From NCBI GenBank assembly GCA_002633005.1, contig NMRA01000137.1:558001-622000 (forward strand): a DNA stretch of 64,000 nt, written 5' to 3'. Under the pieces are notes generated by a model. That model had not been told where the DNA came from, did not search any database, and saw nothing but the letters and a program-made list of their open reading frames with translations. Numbering within the stretch: position 1 is the stretch's first letter; every line of letters begins with the position of its first letter. Origin of the DNA: Phoronis australis. Taxonomy: Eukaryota; Animalia; Phoronida. Below are positions 53,527-64,000 of this stretch, piece by piece. Both the position numbers and the translations under genes were made by a program.

Positions 53527-53638
53527 TTTTCTTGTTTGTAACCTGAGCTGCAGTTGATCCACTGTTAGAGGACCTGTTAGAGGACCATACTTCTCAGCCA
53601 TGTCTAAGATTTGATCTTCATAGCAGAATTCCTTTCAA

Positions 53639-53683
53639 CAGTCTCTGCCCTGGCAGTCTCTGCCCTGGCAGTCTCTGCTCTGG
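53639..53683. repeat. Tandem repeat, 3 x 15 bp (a 2 x 12 bp repeat lies nearby at ~53562-53586)
   Basis: CAGTCTCTGCCCTGG x3; CTGTTAGAGGAC x2. Confidence 0.95.
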
Positions 53684-54052
53684 TCAGATTGTCATGGATG
53701 AGAAACAATAGTAAGGGATCACTAGATAACTGATATTTTTAATATTAAAAATTAAAAAGATTGCAGCTTTTCATTGTGCTGGCTGTATCTGTGCATAGTG
53801 TGTCCTTTACATTTTGTAATTGACCTTTTTAATTATAAATGAGGAACCTGTAGGAAAACTATTATTAATGACATGATCAATTTTTGTATTTGGTTGACAT
53901 TTCCATGAAATTGGCTATGCTGCTGACCTTAATAACAACTAAAAAACTTTACAGGGAGACGCAAATGTGAAAAATTGTTTCTTTATTTATGAGCTTATGA
54001 GTTCAGTTACTGTGCAGATTTGCTAATGTAGCGTTGAAGAGATATGAAAACG

Positions 54053-54162
54053 TCAAGTGGTTGGCAAAAACACAAAACAAATTCTGAGTGACAGAAATAA
54101 TGCACTTTACTCTTAAATCTCTGTCACTCAGAATTTGTTTTGTGTTTTTGCCAACCACTTGA
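54053..54162. repeat. Perfect 43-bp inverted repeat with a 24-nt loop
   Basis: Arms 54053-54095 and 54120-54162 are exact reverse complements. Confidence 0.97.
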
Positions 54163-57088
54163 AATTTTTCGTTCTAAATCTACTCAGTTAGCAATCCTAA
54201 GAGAGAAGGCATGGGTATTTCCGGTTGGTGAAATATACTGCCACAGATAAGCAGTTGGCAATGTGGATATCTTCCTCAGTTTTCTGGGCAGGCATTTACA
54301 TGTGAAGAAAATGCTGCAAAGCCGTACGTTTCACAAATGCACGTGATTTAACTCAGTTTTTGTATCGGTTCTTTGGCTTTGTTAACATGTGAAACTTAGA
54401 GTTCTGTAAATGTGTTCTTGATATAAATAATCTTTGATTTAGTGAAAGGGCAAGTGTAAGTTGTGTAACACTTATTCCAAAACTAGTGTGCTGTACTCAT
54501 AATGCTTCGTCAGTTGTCTTATACCTGTAACCGGTTCCTTTTTCACTTGTCAAAAGCATATCTGGAGTTAAATGCATCAGATATATGACTTACGGTACTT
54601 TTATCCACATTCTCACATGGAAGTTATCATGTACTGTGGATACATTGGGTTCTATGGACTTCTCCAGGGATAGTGAACATACTGAGATACCAACCGAAGA
54701 CGGAACCTACTGATGGAGAGCAGAAAAGTGTGTGCCGTGCAAACTTTCCAAGTAATTGTAGGCTAGTCTTCAACACATTATTGGATGATTATGAATTGTG
54801 AGCTGTTAAAAAGACAAGTTATTTTGGTATCTGGTTGCCCTCTCCAGTTGTTTCTAGGACCTGGGTTTGGCACCATCTCTGCTTCAGCTACTGGTCCAAC
54901 TGGTCATGGTTGTTCCTCATTAAGGCAGGAAACTTAATCACACTTCTGTGGTACCAATTAGTGAATTCTTTGCTGTAAAATGTGATCCTGTTTCAGTGCT
55001 CATTTGGTTGATGGGCACCTTCCAACATGGCGCCCTGTTCACCAGTCATCAGTCAATGTTTAAATGTCAGTCGACATCCTTTGTGGTATGTTGGTACTGG
55101 TGCTTTTTGAAGATATGTGCAATTATAAATGTTTGGAGATTATAATAAACCCCATAATCCAGTTGCATGGACCACATCAGATTTTTAATATGTTAAAACA
55201 TGTGGAAATAAAAAATGTCATGCTCTTTTGTGTTCAACATGATTGAATGATTTAGTCAGTTACACTGTAACATTGTCAGCCAAAGCGTACAGATAGTACA
55301 GAACTTAAAGAAGAGAAAATGTTTTTAATTTGATTTCATAAAGTTACTCCAGAAAGTTAGTTTAGTTTAAAGAATACTTCATTCAATTGTTATCAACCTC
55401 TGTATCATTGAATGATACACACAAGTAAATTTCATTATTTTCTTTTTCCACCTTATAGCATAATGTTAAAATTGCTATAAGAAGGAAAGGATCATATGTG
55501 CGATGTTCGTGGTTGCAAAGATGGTACTTGTAGCTCGTTCATTCATCTGGGCAACTTCGAAGGCTTGACAGTATCGGAACACAAATTTGCTAACGTCTAC
55601 AACTTTGAACTGTAGATGTGTGTTGCTCTTAACAACGAGGGTTCATCTCTGTCTTATCTCATCAAATCGCAGGTGTATTACACCTGCAGTTCCCCAAAAG
55701 GGTGCATTGACACCACGTTTGTTAACTAACAATTTGCAGGTTATGCTGACATGTTTCAGTGGCATCATTTAGTTGCGTAACCATTGAAATGTTACAAAAC
55801 TGGATACCTTGCTACTAATCTTCACGCGACTTCAAGGTGTAAAGATGTTATCTGTTACGTAGCCATCTGCTGGTCTCAAAGAATGTTTTGCAGATGGCAG
55901 TTGTGCTTAAAGTGGTACATCCTTGCCACTTTGCCTGCTTTCAAGTTTCTTCTAATTTAAGTAAATCAATTAACTTAGTTTGCATTTTTAGAAGCTTGCG
56001 GTGTTATTAAATTTGCTCAGAATTTTACTACATGGATTGATGACATCTGTACTTAGAATTTGAAGTACATTTTTCTTGGTATTTTTTTTTGTTTCTTGCT
56101 TTGTGTTCTGAATGGGTGAGTGTTGCAACAAACCTGACAGACATGAAGTTGTCTGTTCTCTCTGACTTGCAAAATTCACGGTTTTAAACTATATCTGGTG
56201 CTGTTTGGTGCTATTCCCCAATATTCAGACAGATGTGGTTATCTTAAACAAACAGTAAATTTTAAAATCAAATCTCAAAGTGCGCCGAAGCGAAATTTAC
56301 ACATTCCTCAGCAGTTGGATGACATCTCTTTGCATTTACTAGTACCAATAGTAATGGCGCTTTACGAGATTTTTTCGTTTCCAGGATGCACTCAAGAAGT
56401 TGAAGTCTAATCTCTGTTTAATATCGCATAATTCATGATAAATCATAGTTGGAGAGCTTAAGAACTTTCTCCGCCTGGCAATGCGGGCATGGTGACATTT
56501 GTTTTTGTGAAATTATGTTTTTCTAAAGTGGCAAAGTTGTTGATTCATTAGATTCTGCAAAGCATTGAAAAGACATGCATTGCCTGTCTTTTCAGTCACA
56601 GTTATCGAGCATTTATTTCAGGTTATGGTTACCGACATCAGTTTATTGAATATTGCCACAACTGTGGATATTACCACAGTAAATGTAGACCTATATATTT
56701 TTGAAAGTATGTAGAGTTTAGTTATGGACTAATCTATCATCGACTGGGTCACATGACCATGTTTTTTGAATGTGGCATAAAACTCGTGTTTTCTGTTATT
56801 TTTTATTTAAAGGTCTTGTTTTGTTCCTTTCACAGTTAAGAAGTGATCTCTGTGCTCAGGAAAATAAAATTCAGACCTGAATCAAATTTTCTCCTTCAAC
56901 TGAGAGCACAGGTTCAATACTGCGTGAAGTAAAACTTGTCTAAACAGAAAGATGTTCATAAAGAAACATGGGTTAATGGCGGTGCGAAAGACGATGAGAT
57001 TAGTTAGGCGCATAGGTTATTGTATTTTTTTTGCAAATACTGTGTTTAGTTTCTGTAAAACTTGAGATTTTTGTTATGATATTTTCAG

Positions 57089-57094
57089 TTGAAG
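57089..57094 (+). other. Candidate 6-nt microexon TTGAAG
   Basis: GATATTTTCAG|TTGAAG|GTACGT. Confidence 0.3.
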
Positions 57095-57105
57095 GTACGT
57101 CGTTT

Positions 57106-57195
57106 TTACTTACTTAGAGATATTCTGAAGTGACCACCTACCACAGAGTGTTACTTACTTTGAGATATTCTGAAGTGACCACCTACCACAGAGTA
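57106..57195. repeat. Tandem duplication, 2 x 45 bp
   Basis: TTACTTACTT(A/T)GAGATATTCTGAAGTGACCACCTACCACAGAGT x2. Confidence 0.95.
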
Positions 57196-57922
57196 TTACA
57201 AATGTACCATTGTATTTAGAACAGATAAGAAATGTCTAGTAAAAGCTTCTTTATGGTAAAGATTCCCTCCCCCCACTCCCTGCGAGGAGGACACGGTGTG
57301 GTGGAAAAAACGGACTTTTTGGTTTAATACATAATCAGTCATTCATTTGAAAAATGTGTCCCACACATTTTCCCCATATCGTGCCTGCTTTAAAAAATAA
57401 ACAGTGGTCATTGATGGATTTTTTGATTGCAGACTTGGCCCTTTGGCATGGCTGTCTATGATGATTTGAAAACCATTACAGCCAGCGGAAGGTTGTGGCT
57501 GAATTTCAAAAAGCAAAAGGAAAATACATGTCAAATTGTGGAACATTCCAGAAACACTAAGTTTAATCTGTGTAATTATAACCCTGGCATCAAGACTTAA
57601 TGTGCTGAACCTTGTATCAAGTGTTGTTGCACAGATGTGATCTCATTAAACTGGATTTAGAAGTTGAGTTTTAAGCCATTGAAATTTGTAAAATTTGTAT
57701 AACACACTGGTTAGGCATCTTTCATGGTGGATTTCTTTTACAATTCAGTTGAACCACTCATTGATGATTCAATTACATGTATAGAAGGTTTTTTACTTTT
57801 GATCAGAAATTATTGTTGAAACTGCCATGTCTCCATATTCACAGGCTAAATTCATTGCTGAGAAAGCTCAGAATTTATATTGCGAATGTTAATTGATGAC
57901 ACCTGAACAATGAAAAATAAGT

Positions 57923-58111
57923 CAGGGCCCTCCCTGACCTGGGGGTAAAGGCACCTGTGCCTTCTGGCTGTGGCTGAGTTAGAAGTGGTTCTAACAGGCG
58001 GAATTTTAGAGGGAAATTTTCGTCCCTGATAAGAACTATGCGATTTTGAAATTTCTTTTGAGGGAAATGGAGCTGATATCCTTCCCCAAAATTGAGGGAT
58101 GGAGGGCCCTA
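57923..58111. mobile_element. MITE-like element with AGGGCCCTCC termini (family C)
   Basis: CAGGGCCCTCC ... GGAGGGCCCT inverted ends; no clear TSD. Confidence 0.6.
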
Positions 58112-58424
58112 TATGGACACTTAACAAACCATGGTAATGAGGAGGTAAAACTTTATTGGTAAAATTTTTGTTGAGATTTCTGACAATAATATTACACTAT
58201 TCCACCAAGCAGTCTATTTTTTAATTAAACTGTCACCAATATTCAGTGTTGTTCAGTTTCGCATTTTCAGTTAAAGTGATTTTTTCTGCTGTATGATGTC
58301 CCTCCAGTTCTTTGATGACGTGAAATGTTCACTAGAGTGCAGCACTAAAAGTATGGATGTCAATTTGTTAATGAAATAGTGTGTTTGTCCATTTCTTCCT
58401 TGCATAATATGACGACAGCATCTG

Positions 58425-58673
58425 CCGCCCTTCAGGGGCCTCCTTCCTTTCTTTGGGGAAACCATCTCAGGCCCTCCTCCCCTTCTTTGTGAAACTATCT
58501 CAGGGGCCGCCTCCCGTTTGTGAAGCCATCTCAGCGGCTCCCTCTCCTTTGTAAAACCATCTCAGCGGCTCCCTCCCCTTCTTTGTGAAGCCATTTCAGG
58601 GGCCCCCTTCCCTTTTTGAAACCATCTCAAGGACCCTTTCCTTTGTGAAACCATCTCAGGAGCCCTCTCCCTT
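58425..58673. repeat. Degenerate GC-rich minisatellite, about 8 x ~30 bp
   Basis: Recurring GAA(A/G)CCATCTCAGG..CCCTCCC.TTTGT. Confidence 0.9.
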
Positions 58674-61600
58674 TCATTGTGGTAGCCACCACTGCTGCCT
58701 TCCGTGATTGCCACCACTTCCGTATGTATCTTTGTTGACATCTAACTCGGGATGATCATTTGAGGTGGCTGAATACTCACCCCAGAGTTGACAGCAGCAC
58801 CTCCCAACTCTTCTCATCAGATGAAGTCCCTGGGATTCTTGGTTTTGACCACATAACACTGTTGTACAAGTACTGTTTATAATGTAACTGTTCAGCAAAG
58901 TGAACATTTTCATTTTTCACCTGCTCTGAACACTTGACCTTATTAGGTTTAACGATATATTAGCTGCACCAGTTTGAGACATCCGTGGACTGTCTGAATC
59001 CACCCTTAGGTCTCTTGATGAGGAAGTCACCTGCTAATCCACCTATACACCTTTGTGGAGGAACCAGTGTCTCTGAGGTGATTACTAATCACCAGGTAAT
59101 CCAATTGTTCATGTTTATGGTATCAGACTGAGATCTTGAGCTGGTAATACCGTAATCTGTCTGAGCACTTGATTGGTTATTGTCACCTAGCTCTTTGGAG
59201 TTTGTGTCATTCCTTCTAATGTAACACTTGTTTGAAAACGGACTCTTGTCTGGAGAACTTCAAATTTATCCATTATGTAAACGATTTGAAGTGTACTTGC
59301 CTAGCCATTATCCTTCTTCAAGGTTAAATTTGATTTCATTCTTTGGTTGTTCTATTAGTTTTAATCACTAAATTAAAGACACTTTTCTATTTGCTGTAAG
59401 TGATGTCTACCTGAGATAAACTATATTATAAAAGTGTCTGTCCAATAAGCTTTGTCCTCCCCAACTGAAGCTGAAGCTTGGTGTAATGAAAATGTTATCA
59501 GCTGCTTGCTAATATTATGTAGTAACTTAATGAATATCTGTCTTGCTTCGAGTACTTTATGTATTTGAAAAAAGCATATTATCAATGAAACACAAAATTT
59601 CAGACCAATTCAATGTTTAGCTAACCAAGTCTTCTCGTGTATGCGAAAGGTTGCTTTTCTTGATTTATGGAAACGCTTCTCAATTCCAGCTTATTGTTTC
59701 GACATTACTTCCTGTTTTGAAGGGCAATTCATGGAAAAAGACTCCTATTACATCCCTAGTTTTTGTGAATGGGAACAAGGTTTGGTAAACGTGCCCTTCT
59801 GTTTCATTCATACATGTTTCATACTGAACAAACTACGGTAAGATCAGTACATTTAAGAAATTAGGATTAAACTCATATTTTTAGACATTCTTATCGGGTA
59901 AAATTAGCATTTTCCGCAGATATATTTTCAATTGCAGACAAACTGATATCAAGCAGATTAGAGAAATCCTATGCTTTAATTTCTCTGTCACTAAAGTTGC
60001 ACTGGAACTCAGCTGATCAAGTTGACTTGGGCATTGTTTTTCAAAGTGGGTCAAACCACAAAATATTGTTAAGTGTGAAAGGTGATAGGACCAGTAGCTC
60101 CTGTGACAATATTTTGTTCTCCAGTGGTTGGACAGTTTCTGCTGAACTGTCATTGTATCCAATGCTTTGTTAGGAATCAAGCCAAGTTTGTTTGTAATGA
60201 CATGAGATTTGAGCCTATCAACTAAAAATTGCTCAACAGATGTCATGAATTGTTTTATTTTGTGGGTTATCTATTTTTAGCGTTTGTTAGTTGAGTTGTT
60301 CTGAGAAATTGCTTTTTATGCCGAAATGCAATGAAGTGTTTAGGTACTAAATTTCTTCGGACCTGATTTCAATGTGTGCTTAAGAATTCTGCTGCCCATT
60401 TTCAAATGTATGAGGTTGGAAACAGTGGCTACTCTGGAAACACTGTAGTGGTCATGCAACCACTTTTGTCATTCTCATAGGAAGTACTTGTACTTGTAAC
60501 TAGAATGTTCGTCAGCCTGTTGGAATTTTAATTGTAGATTTCCGCAATGACATATGCAATTTGCATGGTTGTTTGTGAAAGCTGGTGAAGGTGTTCAATG
60601 AAGAAGTGGTTCTCACAAGTTCTCCAGCTTTTGACAAACATTGGTTTTCATCTTGCAACATGGGGTTCACAACTATCTCTCTCAAACACTGGCATGGCAC
60701 TGTATAATATTCTGAGTGTTATAAGACTCGAAGATTGCATGATAATCATTGATAACTATGTTGGCCGGTGTAACGTCTGAGATTTTTTGCCATCAAAAAA
60801 TCTGAGGTTTGCATGGTTCTCCATTATTTAAATTTGAACTTGTTTTTATGACAATTGTGCAATTATGTTGTGGTTGGCACAAAGTTTACAGGTCTCGAGT
60901 ACTTCTTGATGGACAAAATTATTTATTGTTTTTATCTGGGTGGGGGGGGGGACTACACCATCTATGTTTCTATATATAAAACAGGCTGATGTTGCTGTTG
61001 TCTGTAAACGCTTTAAGAGATCAGATTTTGAAATTACAGTTTGCATGTTGGAATTTGCCACAGATTTCAGTCAATCACTTATGGGGACATTAGGCGCTTG
61101 ATCTTGTCGGTCATGAAATTCTGATTTTCAGTTTTTGGTTTTTATTGTTGAATTTCTATTTTAAATTGACCTCTCACTGTTCCCTTGGAAGTCACCTCAG
61201 GCACTGGGCTCCATGAGCTAAAATTAGTTGGACTCAGTGCTGGCATTCACAACATTAGTATGGTGTTTTGTGTTTATTTTGCAAATTATTTCTGATTATG
61301 CTGGCCCAGCTAGGTAGCATACTAGGAATTCCCCTGGAGTGAAATGGCCACTGATTTGTAATTAATCCACTGTTCAGATGTATCTATTGGGGTCTAAGGC
61401 CAATGAAGGATTTTGAATAAGTCTAGACTTCTGTGTGAAACAACTTTTCATGCCTGGCAGATATTTTTAGAAGCCCACTTGAAATAGTTGATTATTTGTT
61501 AATCTTCAGAATGAACAGCAAGGAAAATAAATCGCCAGACTTCTTAACTTTTGTGACTAATGTTTGGTTAAAATAAACAAATAAAGAGGGAGGGAAAGTG

Positions 61601-62259
61601 CTTATTATGGGCAATTATGACTAGGGCGATTACTACTACATTGGTATTGTATTGGGAAGAGCTTATTTTCTGTAGAGTATCCATCCATGGATAATAATGG
61701 GAGGGAGAGAAACCTGTTTGGACCATACATTTGCAAGTGCTCTGAAATTGAGTACATTATAATCTCATGAGCGAATGCTGGGTCACCTAGCTGTTTTTTA
61801 GTCAATGATTCTGTTTAAGTCAGACGTTGGACTGAAAAGAGAAGCAGTGTTTTTTGTTACCTTTAGTAAAAAATAGACCAGTTTCGGAATGCTATTGGGG
61901 AGACAATTTTCTGTGTTCATTACTGTTTGTTTTGGCATGTGTTCAACTATTCATAGACCAATAGAAGGTGAAGTGCAAAGCCCAGTACAGAGCCTGCACC
62001 TTGCTTATAGATTCATTTCTACTGACCAGACACAGATGACCAACACAGAATGTGTTTAACAGCAGGGCACACTGAGTGTTTGCTCAATAGAAGTGTATGC
62101 AGAGCCATTCATATCACTTTCCTTTGTTCCTAGGAGGAACAGCAATTATGGAAACGTACATAACTTCAAGATAACCAGGGATTTATATTTTATTAAATGT
62201 AACTTCAAAAATCGTTGTTTTCTATGTCAACATTGTTTTGAAAGCTTTCATCAACTTAA

Positions 62260-62632
62260 TGTTATCTAGGACCCTAGAAAATGGTCAAATTTTGCTAACT
62301 TTGGAACGTCATTTCTTAGAAATTGGTAATTGGATTCAAATGAAACTTACAGTTGCTATGCTTCTCTTGGTGTTCTCCAAAACAATGTTAGGAATTATAT
62401 TTAAAATGTTCTATGTTTACATGAGTGGCTATCAAAAATAGGACTTCCATGATTTTCATGAAAGAACTCAAGAGCTTCATAAAGTAAAAACAAAACAATG
62501 ATGGGTTTATAAAACTGCAGAGTTGTCTTGAAGATTTTTGAAAAAATGAAATTTGGTCTTGTTTTGCTATCCATTTGCGTTTATTTTTTAATGGTTAATA
62601 AATTTTACCAGAAGGGCATAGCCATGTGACCC
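62260..62632 (+). repeat. Dispersed repeat family A, copy 3
   Basis: CTAGGACCCTAGAAAATGG...ATGAAACTT...GAAATTTGG, similar to 28990-29372. Confidence 0.65.
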
Positions 62633-64000
62633 GTTTACTGACAGAGTGATAACAAATACTAAATGCAATTTTAATGGCTTTCTTATTTCAGAAAGTATGC
62701 TTTTACCCAAGTTGAAATCTTAAGTTCTACAGATATTTAGCTAAGCACACAGACTTGTCCATATGGAAATACAAACCCTTAACTGCCGTGCATGTCCCTC
62801 CTGTTGTTGTTCATTCTACTGTCTTGGGTCAGTTTCGTTTGACCAAATTGTTAAAAAATATATCATAAGAAGAGGAGTTTAGAAATGTACAGTAGGTCAC
62901 TGAGTCTGTAACAAATGAATTACTTTTACATGACCCTGAATGCATCTACTTTATTTACCATTTCCATTTTTGTTTCTCTGTCCTAGGAAACATGATCTGA
63001 AAGCTAGGGGTCCTAGTGATTATACGGGTGCTGGGGGGTCCTAGTCATTATAAGGGAGCTTGTTCAGGTTAGCATTTTCATTGTGGATACTGTTGTCAAC
63101 CATGGATTCTACTGTAAGCTTGGTCACTGGACCTGATCCTCTTGCACAATGCCTCATTAACGATTATGCTATCAATTATTAATTGCACGGTTACTATTTG
63201 TCACATAATCTTGTATAGGGGTCACAGTCTTAATCCTGTAACATGATTGATCGGAATTATTTTCTATACAAACTCTTGTTGGTTACTAGTCAGATTTGTG
63301 CTAAATGGCTGGGACAGTTCATTGAGATGTCTATCAGTCAAGAGGGAACAATCTGTTCCATATTGCCTAGTGTACACATTCATTCACTGGCACCTTACCA
63401 GTTGTTATTTCAGAACAGATGTCTAGCTGAGCATGTTGGATTAATGGACCCTATAGCTTAATTAGACTCAGCTTATCATTTAGTAATGAGTTGTATATGT
63501 TTCTATTGTTCTTGTCACCTAATCTAGACACATCAGGGATTTTTTTATGCAGGGGTTGTTGGTATTTGTTTTCCATTGTCTGTAGTGTTTTTGATCAGCT
63601 TAGTAATGAGTTCTCTGGTAACACTGCACAGGGCCTTTCTTATGCATTGTAGTGATCAAGATGTCACAGCTGTCGCGTGTATTTGAAATGGAGTGCAGTA
63701 GTGTTGGAAAAAACACTGAAAGAGATCCGTGAATTATGCAGTTGTGAAGGGTGCTAGAGGGAAATGTATTAGGCATTCTTTTTACAACACTTCATGAGAA
63801 CACCCACGGTTTCTTTATGGCTGGTTCTAAAACTCTGCGGTGATAATTACTTTGAGTGTTATTATGATTGCTTATACTGAAAATATTTAATAAGCAGATT
63901 TTCTGTATTGCGTTATTTTATTTTTATTAGTAGATAATCTTGAAAATTGGTGATACTCTATTAATCCAAACCTGTTTTTCACCTGTCTCATAACTCAGCG

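Noticed and set aside
55459-55614. Strong acceptor followed by a THAP-like MCDVRGCK peptide
   Set aside because: The rest of the THAP signature is missing, the frame stops early, and no convincing donor follows.

Overview
Eukaryotic, AT-rich genomic DNA, most consistent with a non-vertebrate animal. There are no operons, rRNA/tRNA genes or CRISPR arrays, and almost all ORFs in the supplied track are spurious. The window splits in two. About 1-14.5 kb is CpG-rich and promoter-like; it holds a degenerate BEL/Pao retrotransposon pol fragment, Penelope-like (GIY-YIG) remnants, a candidate first coding exon on the minus strand (7519-7558) and several candidate first exons or donors on the plus strand. 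About 14.5-64 kb is visibly CpG-depleted and T-rich on the + strand, as expected for methylated long introns of a + strand gene. It contains one well-formed 54-nt exon (29636-29689), candidate microexons and recursive (AG|GT) splice sites, many non-autonomous DNA transposons with readable TIRs and TSDs (Tc2-like, Tc1/mariner, P-like), an L2/CR1 3' end, minisatellites, a perfect 43-bp hairpin and a 446-N assembly gap. I could not identify the host gene(s), and nothing here is confidently a new system. The best leads are the splicing architecture, the perfect intronic hairpin, a hammerhead-like motif and several unusual tiny insertions.
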